In this document: positions 23,522 to 35,407 of the stretch, piece after piece
Position numbering within the stretch: position 1 is the stretch's first letter
Layout of the letters: the number at the start of each line of letters is the position of its first letter
Assembly: GCA_040285825.1 (NCBI GenBank)
Contig: JAUPSS010000005.1
Location: 1,488,001 to 1,552,000, forward strand
DNA from: Eukaryota sp. TZLM1-RC
Lineage: Eukaryota > Protista > Metamonada: BaSk clade
Direction: 5' to 3'
Length of the DNA: 64,000 nucleotides
Made by a program: the position numbers and the translations under genes
The notes under the pieces: generated by a model
Databases searched by the model: none
What the model saw: the letters and a program-made list of their open reading frames with translations, nothing else
Told to the model about the DNA's origin: nothing

Positions 23522-24745
23522 TTAATCAAATTCAAAATCAGAATCATCCAAATCACTCAACAAATGATCAAACTTTTCTTGTTCCTTTTTCTTTATCATT
23601 TTGACAATCTCCACAACCTCCAAACAAAATTCCTTGTTGACACCATAAACAGTTTCCATCCCAATCAAATACTCAGCTTCATGGCACCATTTGAGACCAC
23701 AAAGTGAATGGTAAAGCCAAAGTGGATTCACTATGAACAAACCAGGTAAATCTCTGGCGCATTTAACTACATTACCGTCACAATTACCACAAACCAAATG
23801 GGTAGATTCTTCTATAGTTGAAGCCAAGAATCCACCTGCTCTGGTGATCAAAGGGTGTAGTTCATCTTTTATTGGAATTTCGCAAAGGTAAATTCTGCAA
23901 TGAGTTAATGCAGTGCTCCTTTTTTCTTTTATTATTTCAGCTACATTAGTTTCATTACCTTTATCAATAAATTCAAAAAACTTTAAATGAATATAATTTA
24001 ATAATTCCAAAACTTCCAATAAACACTTTTCTTTGGGTATTGGCGGTAACTCCAACTCAGCCGCCACAGACCTCTCCCCCTTCCAATGCAGGAATGGTAC
24101 CACTTGGTGAACAACCCTAGCAAAACTTCCCCACACGTCAATCTTGTCATCAACTATTACAGTCATGGTGGTACCAGCTGGAAAGATCCTAATGATAGTC
24201 TTCCTTCCAGATTTAGGATCAACATCATCACGTGAGAACACGTGAGTTTCTGGTATTTCAGATAAAACACCAAGTATTTTGAGACATTTGAGAGCGTATG
24301 CTCGTGTTCCCATTGTAAAAACATAGACTTGGTAATTTGAGGAGTGGAGCTTCTTGATAAGTTTGGTGGCAAAGGGACGAATCTGAATAAAATAACGATG
24401 ATAATCGAGGTCAAAGAAGGAGATAGCGGCTTCAGGAGTTGATCGGGACAGGAGGTCTTGTTTGGTAAAGGAAATGTCACGCACATTGGCGAGGGGAACA
24501 CACGTGCAGTGGAGTAGAGTGTGATCTAAATCCAGAACAACAGACAGCTTACGCTGTTGGAGTAGTTGTGATCTTTGTGCAGCACCACGTCTAGCAGCCT
24601 CAGTCGACGAAACAGAAAGTGAAAGACTGGCTTGACCAATAGGAACAGAAGATGAAGAAGTTTGAGAGGCTGTAAGACCGACCTGTTCCCCACAGACAGC
24701 GCATAAGTTGTAGTATATGACAGGATGGTCACATAGAGCACTCAT
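23522..24745 (-). CDS. FCP1: RNA polymerase II CTD phosphatase Fcp1
   Basis: CDH..IYYNLCAVCG N-terminus, LVLDLDHTLLH-type DxDxT motif, FTMGTRAYA, IVDD..DVW, C-terminal BRCT (THLVC...VNPLWL). Confidence 0.92.
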   Translation of the reverse strand: MSALCDHPVIYYNLCAVCGEQVGLTASQTSSSSVPIGQASLSLSVSSTEAARRGAAQRSQLLQQRKLSVVLDLDHTLLHCTCVPLANVRDISFTKQDLLSRSTPEAAISFFDLDYHRYFIQIRPFATKLIKKLHSSNYQVYVFTMGTRAYALKCLKILGVLSEIPETHVFSRDDVDPKSGRKTIIRIFPAGTTMTVIVDDKIDVWGSFARVVHQVVPFLHWKGERSVAAELELPPIPKEKCLLEVLELLNYIHLKFFEFIDKGNETNVAEIIKEKRSTALTHCRIYLCEIPIKDELHPLITRAGGFLASTIEESTHLVCGNCDGNVVKCARDLPGLFIVNPLWLYHSLCGLKWCHEAEYLIGMETVYGVNKEFCLEVVEIVKMIKKKEQEKFDHLLSDLDDSDFEFD

Positions 24746-25830
24746 TTGTGCTGATCTGAAATGAATGTATATCTGTAATACAAAACATTTTCATTTATTG
24801 AACATGCATACTTAATTAAATTAATTCATAACTAATGCAAAATTGAATCCACACATATCTTTCATTTATATTGACATAGCAATGATCTAAATGCAGACAT
24901 GATTCAATCTTAAATAATTTTGTTAACCCTTTACTTCCTTTTCTAGATCATTATGATGTTTACTGCGATTCCCCTTGTCACACAAATCATTATGTAAAGT
25001 TTTCCTCTGGTTTTGACTGACTTAAGACATGAACTAATTGTCATTTTGAAAATACAAATGAATAAAGAAGGAAGACAGTCCTGATTTGTGAGTTAACATC
25101 ACCGATGGAACAATATTTAGATAACCAATCATAATTTACATATTACGAAATATCAAAATCTGGAATTGCTATTGTCAAATTTAGATTTTTTGGTTGAATC
25201 ACCATTTTTCAAGTTTCAGCAAAAAGGAATAGTTGCTATTAGCTGCATTTCATTAATGAATAGATTACTCATTCAGAAATCTATAATGATAACCTTTTCT
25301 AAAGAAACAGCATCTCAGGCTCTCTTTTGCTGCGTCTTTTCTGCTGATAGTTTACAATCTCAAATTTTGAACGATAATAGAATGCCATATAAAGTTAAAG
25401 AAATAACTACGTATTTTGATCAAATTTCAACGGAAAAAGGATTTTTGAGAATGAGAGCTCAAAACATATAATAAAAAACATTCGAAATAACCAATGTTTT
25501 TACAGTAAAGTACATCAAATCTTCTTTAAATTTAATTCACTTCCCTCTGATATAGTGATTATTGTTTTTACACACATCAACTATTCAAATCAAAGTCATT
25601 GTTTGTTTGCCAACATGCAGTTTTTATGGATATGTTATCCAGTGATATTTGTGGGGTGCTTAATTAAGTATTTGATTAAGACACACCAAGTCACATTTTG
25701 AACATAGTTAGAGTTAATTTATTAAAAAATGCAATGAAAGTTTTGATGTATTTTCACAATATCTATTTATACAATTGATTCCATCTCAATTTAAAACAAA
25801 ATTTTCAATTTTCTGAAATTCCACAGACAA

Positions 25831-26604
25831 ATGTCCACCTCTCAGTACCCCGAATGCTTCATTTGCGTCATTCATCATGGGTTACTCGTGGATCCTGTCG
25901 TCACACGCTGTGGGCACTCATTTTGCCGAGCTTGTATTGAGCGTTGGATGGAGTATAGCGAGACCTGTCCCCATTGCAGGGAGGCTGTCTGTTATGGTAC
26001 TCTTGTCTGCAACTTCGTGTTGAGAGAGGCGATGGAGGAAATTTTAGGGTTAAGTGGGATTGGCTACCACAAGGAATCAGAACGATCGACTCCATTGGTC
26101 TTTTGTGGGAATAGCGATGAGATTGACCATCTGGGGTCAAGAATCAAAATCTTGAACAGCATTTTGGAACCCTTTGTTGCTTCTTTCTCTGCTGAAGAAA
26201 TGTTCTTCAAAGGACTGAATTCCTACAAGCGACACCAATACCAAAAAGCTGTCTTCTGGTACGAGAAAGCTGCACATGCTGGTAATGTCCAAGCTATGGT
26301 TGATTTAGCTGACTGTTTTAGAGATGGTGAAGGTGTTCAACAAGATCTTCAACAAGCGGTTTTATGGTTACAGAAGAGTGCACAAGCTGGCCATTCTGGA
26401 GCTATGGTGAGTTTAGGTTACTGTTATAGTTTTGGTAAAGGTGTTGAGCAAAACCTTGAGCAAGCGTTTCTTTATTATCAAAAAGCTGCTCATTTGGGAA
26501 ACAGGGATGCAATGTATAATTTGAGTCTGGCTTATGAATTAGGCGAGGGTGTTGTACGAGATGAACAAATGGCATTTCAATGGTACAACAGATGCTATTT
26601 ATGA
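25831..26604 (+). CDS. C3HC4 RING finger + Sel1-like repeat protein (putative E3 ligase), copy 1
   Basis: CFIC...CGHSFCRAC...CPHC; Sel1 repeats AMVDLADCFRDGEGVQQDLQQAVLWLQKSA. Confidence 0.9.
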   Translation: MSTSQYPECFICVIHHGLLVDPVVTRCGHSFCRACIERWMEYSETCPHCREAVCYGTLVCNFVLREAMEEILGLSGIGYHKESERSTPLVFCGNSDEIDHLGSRIKILNSILEPFVASFSAEEMFFKGLNSYKRHQYQKAVFWYEKAAHAGNVQAMVDLADCFRDGEGVQQDLQQAVLWLQKSAQAGHSGAMVSLGYCYSFGKGVEQNLEQAFLYYQKAAHLGNRDAMYNLSLAYELGEGVVRDEQMAFQWYNRCYL

Positions 26605-27302
26605 AGTGTCTACTTAATTGTTAGTGTATTGTAAATATTATTTATTAAGTCAATAAAATTTGTTGATTTTTGGATGCTGAAAGTAACGTCAACTTATTCA
26701 ATTTATAAAAACGACAAGGAATTGTTCGTGGTTCTTTACATTATAATTTTTTTCGTAATGATAACTGCAATAATAATGAACAAATTGAATCCAAGGGCAA
26801 CACTTTAGCTTTTGTCGTTATAGAAAACTGTTATGATTGTAAAGTCGAGATAATAGAATACCATATAAAGTTAAAGAAATACCTAAGTGTTTTGATCAAA
26901 TTTCAACCGAAAAAGGATTTTTGAGATTGAGAGCTCAAAATATATAATAAAAAACGAATAAACCAATGTGTTTGCATTAAAGTACATCAAATCTTCTTTA
27001 AATTTAATTCACTTCCCTCTAATATAGTGATTATTGTTTTTACACACATCAACTATTCAAATCAAATTCATTGTTTGTTTGCCAACATGCAGTTTTTATG
27101 GATCTGGAATCCAGTGATATTTGTGGGGTGCTTAATTAAGTATATGATCAAGACACACCAAGTCACATTTTTAACATAGTTAGAGTTAATTTACTAAAAA
27201 ATGCAATGAAAGTTTTGATGTACTTTCACAATATTTATTTATTCAATTGATTCCATCTCAATTTAAAACAAAATTTTCAATTTTCCGAAATTCCACAGAC
27301 AA

Positions 27303-28076
27303 ATGTCCACCTCTCAGTACCCCGAATGCTTCATTTGCGTCATTCATCATGGGTTACTCGTGGATCCTGTCGTTACACGCTGTGGGCACTCATTTTGCCG
27401 AGCTTGTATTGAGCGTTGGATGGAGTACAGCGAGACCTGTCCCCATTGCAGGGAGGCTGTCTGTTATGGTACTCTTGTCTGCAACTTCGTGTTGAGAGAG
27501 GCGATGGAGGAAATTTTAGGGTTAAGTGGGACTGGCTATCACAAGGAATCAGAACGATCGACTCCATTGGTCTTTTGTGGGAATAGCGATGATATTGACC
27601 ATCTCAGGTCAAGAATCAAAATCTTGAACAGCATTTTGGAACCCTTTGTTGCTTCTTTCTCTGCTGAAGAAATGTTCTTCAAAGGACTGAATTCCTACAA
27701 GCGACACCAATACCAAAAAGCTGTCTTCTGGTACGAGAAAGCTGCACATGCTGGTTATGTCCAAGCTATGGTTGATTTAGCTGACTGTTTTAGAGATGGT
27801 GAAGGTGTTCAACAAGATCTTCAACAAGCGGTTTTATGGTTACAGAAGAGTGCACAAGCTGGCCATTCTGGAGCTATGGTGAGTTTAGGTTACTGTTATA
27901 GTTTTGGTAAAGGTGTTGAGCAAAACCTTGAGCAAGCGTTTCTTTATTATCAAAGAGCTGCTCATTTGGGAAACAGGGATGCAATGTATAATTTGAGTCT
28001 GGCTTATGAATTAGGCGAGGGTGTTGTACGAGATGAACAAATGGCATTTCAATGGTACAACAGATGCTATTTATGA
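27303..28076 (+). CDS. RING + Sel1 protein, copy 2
   Basis: As copy 1, with a few substitutions. Confidence 0.9.
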   Translation: MSTSQYPECFICVIHHGLLVDPVVTRCGHSFCRACIERWMEYSETCPHCREAVCYGTLVCNFVLREAMEEILGLSGTGYHKESERSTPLVFCGNSDDIDHLRSRIKILNSILEPFVASFSAEEMFFKGLNSYKRHQYQKAVFWYEKAAHAGYVQAMVDLADCFRDGEGVQQDLQQAVLWLQKSAQAGHSGAMVSLGYCYSFGKGVEQNLEQAFLYYQRAAHLGNRDAMYNLSLAYELGEGVVRDEQMAFQWYNRCYL

Positions 28077-28773
28077 AGTGTCTACTTAATTGTTAGTATA
28101 TTGTAAATATTATTTATTAAGTCAATAAAATTTGTTGATTTTGGATTCTGAAATTAACGTCAACTTATTCAATTTATAAAAACGACAAGGAATTGTTCGT
28201 GGTTCTTTACATTATAATTTTTTTCGTAATGATAACTGCAATAATAATGAACAAATTGAATCCAAGGGCAACACTTTAGCTTTTGTCGTTATAGAAAACT
28301 GTTATGATTGTAAAGTCGAGATAATAGAATACCATATAAAGTTAAAGAAATACCTAAGTGTTTTGATCAAATTTCAACCGAAAAAGGATTTTTGAGATTG
28401 AGAGCTCAAAATATATAATAAAAAACGAATAAACCAATGTGTTTGCATTAAAGTACATCAAATCTTCTTTAAATTTAATTCACTTCCCTCTGATATAGTG
28501 ATTATTGTTTTTACACACATCAACTATTCAAATCAAATTCATTGTTTGTTTGCCAACATGCAGTTTTTATGGATCTGGAATCCAGTGATATTTGTGGGGT
28601 GCTTAATTAAGTATATGATCAAGACACACCAAGTCACATTTTTAACATAGTTAGAGTTAATTTATTAAAAAATGCAATGAAAGTTTTGATGTACTTTCAC
28701 AATATTTATTTATTCAATTGATTCCATCTCAATTTAAAACAAAATTTTCAATTTTCCGAAATTCCACAGACAA

Positions 28774-29547
28774 ATGTCCACCTCTCAGTACCCCGAATGC
28801 TTCATTTGCGTCATTCATCATGGGTTACTCGTGGATCCTGTCGTCACACGCTGTGGGCACTCATTTTGCCGAGCTTGTATTGAGCGTTGGATGGAGTACA
28901 GCGAGACCTGTCCCCATTGCAGGGAGGCTGTCTGTTATGGTACTCTTGTCTGCAACTTCGTGTTGAGAGAGGCGATGGAGGAAATTTTAGGGTTAAGTGG
29001 GATTGGCTACCACAAGGAATCAGAACGATCGACTCCATTGGTCTTTTGTGGGAATAGCGATGAGATTGACCATCTGGGGTCAAGAATCAAAATCTTGAAC
29101 AGCATTTTGGAACCCTTTGTTGCTTCTTTCTCTGCTGAAGAAATGTTCTTCAAAGGACTGAATTCCTACAAGCGACAACAATACCAAAAAGCTGTCTTCT
29201 GGTACGAGAAAGCTGCACATGCTGGTAATGTCCAAGCTATGGTTGATTTAGCTGACTGTTTTAGAGATGGTGAAGGTGTTCAACAAGATCTTCAACAAGC
29301 GGTTTTATGGTTACAGAAGAGTGCACAAGCTGGCCATTCTGGAGCTATGGTGAGTTTAGCTTACTGTTATAGTTTTGGTAAAGGTGTTGAGCAAAACCTT
29401 GAGCAAGCGTTTCTGTATTATCAAAAAGCTGCTCATTTGGGAAACAGGGATGCAATGTATAATTTGAGTCTGGCTTATGAATTAGGCGAGGGTGTTGTAC
29501 GAGATGAACAAATGGCTTTTCAATGGTACAACAGATGCTATTTATGA
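28774..29547 (+). CDS. RING + Sel1 protein, copy 3
   Basis: As copy 1. Confidence 0.9.
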   Translation: MSTSQYPECFICVIHHGLLVDPVVTRCGHSFCRACIERWMEYSETCPHCREAVCYGTLVCNFVLREAMEEILGLSGIGYHKESERSTPLVFCGNSDEIDHLGSRIKILNSILEPFVASFSAEEMFFKGLNSYKRQQYQKAVFWYEKAAHAGNVQAMVDLADCFRDGEGVQQDLQQAVLWLQKSAQAGHSGAMVSLAYCYSFGKGVEQNLEQAFLYYQKAAHLGNRDAMYNLSLAYELGEGVVRDEQMAFQWYNRCYL

Positions 29548-30244
29548 AATGTCTACTTAATTGTTAGTGTATTGTAAATATTATTTATTAAGTCAATAAA
29601 ATTTGTTGATTTTGGATTCTGAAATTAACGTCAACTTATTCAATTTATAAAAACGACAAGGAATTTTTCGTGGTTCTTTACATTATAATTTTTTTCGTAA
29701 TGATAACTGCAATAATAATGAACAAATTGAATCCAAGGGCAACACTTTAGCTTTTGTCGTTATAGAAAACTGTTATGATTGTAAAGTCGAGATAATAGAA
29801 TACCATATAAAGTTAAAGAAATACCTAAGTGTTTTGATCAAATTTCAACCGAAAAAGGATTTTTGAGATTGAGAGCTCAAAATATATAATAAAAAACGAA
29901 TAAACCAATGTGTTTGCATTAAAGTACATCAAATCTTCTTTAAATTTAATTCACTTCCCTCTGATATAGTGATTATTGTTTTTACACACATCAACTATTC
30001 AAATCAAATTCATTGTTTGTTTGCCAACATGCAGTTTTTATGGATCTGGAATCCAGTGATATTTTAGGGGTGCTTAATTAAGTATATGATCAAGACACAC
30101 CAAGTCACATTTTTAACATAGTTAGAGTTAATTTACTAAAAAATGCAATGAAAGTTTTGATGTACTTTCACAATATTGATTTATTCAATTGATTCCATCT
30201 CAATTTAAAACAAAATTTTCAATTTTCCGAAATTCCACAGACAA

Positions 30245-31018
30245 ATGTCCACCTCTCAGTACCCCGAATGCTTCATTTGCGTCATTCATCATGGTTTACT
30301 CGTGGATCCTGTCGTCACACGCTGTGGGCACTCATTTTGCCGAGCTTGTATTGAGCGTTGGATGGAGTACAGCGAGACCTGTCCCCATTGCAGGGAGGCT
30401 GTCTGTTATGGTACTCTTGTCTGCAACTTCGTGTTGAGAGAGGCGATGGAGGAAATTTTAGGGTTAAGTGGGATTGGCTACCACAAGGAATCAGAACGAT
30501 CGACTCCATTGGTCTTTTGTGGGAATAGCGATGAGATTGACCATCTGGGGTCAAGAATCAAAATCTTGAACAGCATTTTGGAACCCTTTGTTGCTTCTTT
30601 CTCTGCTGAAGAAATGTTCTTCAAAAGACTGAATTCCTACAAGCGACACCAATACCAAAAAGCTGTCTTCTGGTACGAGAAAGCTGCACATGCTGGTAAT
30701 GTCCAAGCTATGGTTGATTTAGCTGACTGTTTTAGAGATGGTGAAGGTGTTCAACAAGATCTTCAACAAGCGGTTTTATGGTTACAGAAGAGTGCACAAG
30801 CTGGCCATTCTGGAGCTATGGTGAGTTTAGGTTACTGTTATAGTTTTGGTAAAGGTGTTGAGCAAAACCTTGAGCAAGCGTTTCTTTATTATCAAAAAGC
30901 TGCTCATTTGGGAAACAGGGATGCAATGTATAATTTGAGTCTGGCTTATGAATTAGGCGAGGGTGTTGTACGAGATGAACAAATGGCATTTCAATGGTAC
31001 AACAGATGCTATTTATGA
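30245..31018 (+). CDS. RING + Sel1 protein, copy 4
   Basis: As copy 1. Confidence 0.9.
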   Translation: MSTSQYPECFICVIHHGLLVDPVVTRCGHSFCRACIERWMEYSETCPHCREAVCYGTLVCNFVLREAMEEILGLSGIGYHKESERSTPLVFCGNSDEIDHLGSRIKILNSILEPFVASFSAEEMFFKRLNSYKRHQYQKAVFWYEKAAHAGNVQAMVDLADCFRDGEGVQQDLQQAVLWLQKSAQAGHSGAMVSLGYCYSFGKGVEQNLEQAFLYYQKAAHLGNRDAMYNLSLAYELGEGVVRDEQMAFQWYNRCYL

Positions 31019-31713
31019 AGTGTCTACTTAATTGTTAGTGTATTGTAAATATTATTTATTAAGTCAATAAAATTTGTTGATTTTGGATGCTGAAATTAAC
31101 GTCAACTTATTCAATTTATAAAAACGACAAGGAATTGTTCGTGGTTCTTTACATTATAATTTTTTTCGTAATGATAACTGCAATAATAATGAACAAATTG
31201 AATCCAAGGGCAACACTTTAGCTTTTGTCGTTATAGAAAACTGTTATGATTGAAAACTCGAGATAATAGAATACCATATAAAGTTAAAGAAATACCTAAG
31301 TGTTTTGATCAAATTTCAACCGAAAAAGGATTTTTGAGATTGAGAGCTCAAAATATAATAAAAAACGAATAAACCAATGTGTTTGCATTAAAGTATATCA
31401 AATCTTCTTTAAATTTAATTCACTTCCCTCTGATATAGTGATTATTGTTTTTACACACATCAACTATTCAAATCAAATTCATTGTTTGTTTGCCAACATG
31501 CAGTTTTTATGGATCTGGAATCCAGTGATATTTGTGGGGTGCTTAATTAAGTATATGATCAAGACACACCAAGTCACATTTTTAACATAGTTAGAGTTAA
31601 TTTACTAAAAAATGCAATGAAAGTTTTGATGTACTTTCACAATATTGATTTATTCAATTGATTCCATCTCAATTTAAAACAAAATTTTCAATTTTCCGAA
31701 ATTCCACAGACAA

Positions 31714-32487
31714 ATGTCCACCTCTCAGTACCCCGAATGCTTCATTTGCGTCATTCATCATGGTTTACTCGTGGATCCTGTCGTCACACGCTGTGGGCAC
31801 TCATTTTGCCGAGCTTGTATTGAGCGTTGGATGGAGTACAGCGAGACCTGTCCCCATTGCAGGGAGGCTGTCTGTTATGGTACTCTTGTCTGCAACTTCG
31901 TGTTGAGAGAGGCGATGGAGGAAATTTTAGGGTTAAGTGGGATTGGCTACCACAAGGAATCAGAACGATCGACTCCATTGGTCTTTTGTGGGAATAGCGA
32001 TGAGATTGACCATCTGGGGTCAAGAATCAAAATCTTGAACAGCATTTTGGAACCCTTTGTTGCTTCTTTCTCTGCTGAAGAAATGTTCTTCAAAGGACTG
32101 AATTCCTACAAGCGACACCAATACCAAAAAGCTGTCTTCTGGTACGAGAAAGCTGCACATGCTGGTAATGTCCAAGCTATGGTTGATTTAGCTGACTGTT
32201 TTAGAGATGGTGAAGGTGTTCAACAAGATCTTCAACAAGCGGTTTTATGGTTACAGAAGAGTGCACAAGCTGGCCATTCTGGAGCTATGGTGAGTTTAGG
32301 TTACTGTTATAGTTTTGGTAAAGGTGTTGAGCAAAACCTTGAGCAAGCGTTTCTTTATTATCAAAAAGCTGCTCATTTGGGAAACAGGGATGCAATGTAT
32401 AATTTGAGTCTGGCTTATGAATTAGGCGAGGGTGTTGTACGAGATGAACAAATGGCATTTCAATGGTACAACAGATGCTATTTATGA
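31714..32487 (+). CDS. RING + Sel1 protein, copy 5
   Basis: As copy 1. Confidence 0.9.
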   Translation: MSTSQYPECFICVIHHGLLVDPVVTRCGHSFCRACIERWMEYSETCPHCREAVCYGTLVCNFVLREAMEEILGLSGIGYHKESERSTPLVFCGNSDEIDHLGSRIKILNSILEPFVASFSAEEMFFKGLNSYKRHQYQKAVFWYEKAAHAGNVQAMVDLADCFRDGEGVQQDLQQAVLWLQKSAQAGHSGAMVSLGYCYSFGKGVEQNLEQAFLYYQKAAHLGNRDAMYNLSLAYELGEGVVRDEQMAFQWYNRCYL

Positions 32488-33184
32488 AGTGTCTACTTAA
32501 TTGTTAGTGTATTGTAAATATTATTTATTAAGTCAATAAAATTTGTTGATTTTGGATGCTGAAAGTAACGTCAACTTATTCAATTTATAAAAACGACAAG
32601 GAATTGTTCGTGGTTCTTTACATTATAATTTTTTTCGTAATGATAACTGCAATAATAATGAACAAATTGAATCCAAGGGCAACACTTTAGCTTTTGTCGT
32701 TATAGAAAACTGTTATGATTGAAAAGTCGAGATAATAGAATACCATATAAAGTTAAAGAAATACCTAAGTGTTTTGATCAAATTTCAACCGAAAAAGGAT
32801 TTTTGAGATTGAGAGCTCAAAATATATAATAAAAAACGAATAAACCAATGTGTTTGCATTAAAGTATATCAAATCTTCTTTAAATTTAATTCACTTCCCT
32901 CTGATATAGTGATTATTGTTTTTACACACATCAACTATTCAAATCAAATTAATTGTTTGTTTGCCAACATGCAGTTTTTATGGATCTGGAATCCAGTGAT
33001 ATTTGTGGGGTGCTTAATTAAGTATATGATCAAGACACACCAAGTCACATTTTTAACATAGTTAGAGTTAATTTACTAAAAAATGCAATGAAAGTTTTGA
33101 TGTACTTTCACAATATTGATTTATTCAATTGATTCCATCTCAATTTAAAACAAAATTTTCAATTTTCCGAAATTCCACAGACAA

Positions 33185-33958
33185 ATGTCCACCTCTCAGT
33201 ACCCCGAATGCTTCATTTGCGTCATTCATCATGGGTTACTCGTGGATCCTGTCGTCACACGCTGTGGGCACTCATTTTGCCGAGCTTGTATTGAGCGTTG
33301 GATGGAGTATAGCGAGACCTGTCCCCATTGCAGGGAGGCTGTCTGTTATGGTACTCTTGTCTGCAACTTCGTGTTGAGAGAGGCGATGGAGGAAATTTTA
33401 GGGTTAAGTGGGATTGGCTACCACAAGGAATCAGAACGATCGACTCCATTGGTCTTTTGTGGGAATAGCGATGAGATTGACCATCTGGGGTCAAGAATCA
33501 AAATCTTGAACAGCATTTTGGAACCCTTTGTTGCTTCTTTCTCTGCTGAAGAAATGTTCTTCAAAGGACTGAATTCCTACAAGCGACACCAATACCAAAA
33601 AGCTGTCTTCTGGTACGAGAAAGCTGCACATGCTGGTTATGTCCAAGCTATGGTTGATTTAGCTGACTGTTTTAGAGATGGTGAAGGTGTTCAACAAGAT
33701 CTTCAACAAGCGGTTTTATGGTTACAGAAGAGTGCACAAGCTGGCCATTCTGGAGCTATGGTGAGTTTAGGTTACTGTTATAGTTTTGGTAAAGGTGTTG
33801 AGCAAAACCTTGAGCAAGCGTTTCTTTATTATCAAAGAGCTGCTCATTTGGGAAACAGGGATGCAATGTATAATTTGAGTCTGGCTTATGAATTAGGTGA
33901 GGGTGTTGTACGAGATGAACAAATGGCATTTCAATGGTACAACAGATGCTATTTATGA
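33185..33958 (+). CDS. RING + Sel1 protein, copy 6
   Basis: As copy 1. Confidence 0.9.
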   Translation: MSTSQYPECFICVIHHGLLVDPVVTRCGHSFCRACIERWMEYSETCPHCREAVCYGTLVCNFVLREAMEEILGLSGIGYHKESERSTPLVFCGNSDEIDHLGSRIKILNSILEPFVASFSAEEMFFKGLNSYKRHQYQKAVFWYEKAAHAGYVQAMVDLADCFRDGEGVQQDLQQAVLWLQKSAQAGHSGAMVSLGYCYSFGKGVEQNLEQAFLYYQRAAHLGNRDAMYNLSLAYELGEGVVRDEQMAFQWYNRCYL

Positions 33959-34289
33959 AGTGTCTACTTAATTGTTAGTATATTGTAAATATTATTTATT
34001 AAGTCAATAAAATTTGTTGATTTTGGATTCTGAAATTAACGTCAACTTATTCAATATATAAAAACTACAAGGAATTTTTCGTGGTTCTTTACATTATAAT
34101 TTTCTTCGTAATCGTTACTGCAATAATCATGAACAATTTGAATCCAAGGGCAACACTTTAGGTTTTGTCGTTATAGAAAACTGTTTAGATTGTGAAAATA
34201 AATATAATATTTATTATATCAATAAAATTGGTTGATGTAAATTCAAAAGGTTTAGACCAACACAAGCTTAAAAGAGATCAATCATGATG

Positions 34290-34765
34290 ATAATGAAAAT
34301 TTGGAGACAGGGAAAACCAGTGATTATTACACAGCCCAACAATTGCTTGACAAGGTTTTAGACCAACACAAGAAACAACACTACCAGGAAGCATTTCATT
34401 GGTTCAAGAAAGCTGCTGCTGGTGGAAGCTATGTTAGGGTTAGGTACTTGTTATCTTGAGGGTTTTGGGGTAGAAAAGGATGAGAAACGAGCTTTTCCTT
34501 GTTAGATAAAGCAGTCGAAGCAGGCAATGTGCAAGCAATGGCTGTTTGGGATATTTTTCCTTGTTTGGGATCATTCCATCGATGGAATGGGCATCGATGT
34601 AGTCCATCATGTAGCTTTTCATTGGTTCAAAAACGCCCCAGAATTAGGTGACCCTGATGAAATGTATAGCTTGGGCTTGAGTTATCAAGATGATGTGCGT
34701 AGAGATCTTCGTCAAGCTATTACTTGGTTCGAAGAGGCCAAGGATGCTGGCAATAATGGGGTTCG
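34290..34765 (+). pseudogene. Degenerate Sel1-repeat gene remnant
   Basis: YQEAFHWFKKAA, LGTCYLEGFGVEKDEKRAF, MYSLGLSYQD...DLRQAITWFEEA, spread over shifting frames. Confidence 0.7.
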
Positions 34766-35097
34766 AAAATTGATTATTGTAAAGAAAACTACATGTTTAA
34801 TAAATAATTTTGATTTTTTTCCCCTTCATATTTTTTTTAGAATGATCTATCTACTTTCATTACAACAGCAGTTATGTATATGTGCAGATCGTACAAATTT
34901 CAATCAAAATATCATCAATCATATCTGATTGAATGGTTAATTGAGATGATTTCTTAATTCGATAAACAATGTACTTGACCTGATTGCGGTAAATTTTCAG
35001 AAAAAAAGGAAGAGGAGAATCAGAATGTAAGTCCATGTATATAATACTTAGTTTTACCATAACCAAGTCAACACTCTTTCTCCACAACTGCTTGCTC

Positions 35098-35160
35098 TGT
35101 GCATTCCTTGATTGTGCATTCCTTGATTGTGCATTCCTTGATTGTGCATTCCTTGATTGT
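35098..35160. repeat. 15-bp minisatellite (TGTGCATTCCTTGAT) x4.2
   Basis: Perfect head-to-tail tandem copies. Confidence 0.95.
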
Positions 35161-35407
35161 CACAATGATATATATTGCATTTGAATAGTAACATTGGTGA
35201 TAAGATGGTTGCATAGAAAGTATCTACTTGACTAAATACGATGATAAGTCTAGTTTCCATATTTTGAATATAGCTTTCAAATGTTCAAGCAATAATTTTA
35301 CGATAAAGGTTTCGGAATAGCTGTAATAGTTTAGTGTTCCTTGTTTGATATCGACTAATTGTTTCTTTATGGGAATAATGAAGCATAAACAAAATAATTT
35401 ATACAAT

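Larger units (their letters stand above)
25372..34195 (+). repeat. Tandem array of six ~1471-bp units, each encoding a RING+Sel1 protein
   Basis: CDS starts at 25831, 27303, 28774, 30245, 31714 and 33185; coding and spacer DNA are near-identical. Confidence 0.97.

Noticed and set aside
27247-33494. Repeated 64-82 aa overlapping and antisense ORFs in the array
   Set aside because: Shadow frames of the RING+Sel1 CDS, repeated only because the unit is repeated.
35098-35160. Possible CRISPR-like array
   Set aside because: Perfect head-to-tail 15-mers without spacers, i.e. a minisatellite. The HNQGM-repeat ORF over it is incidental.
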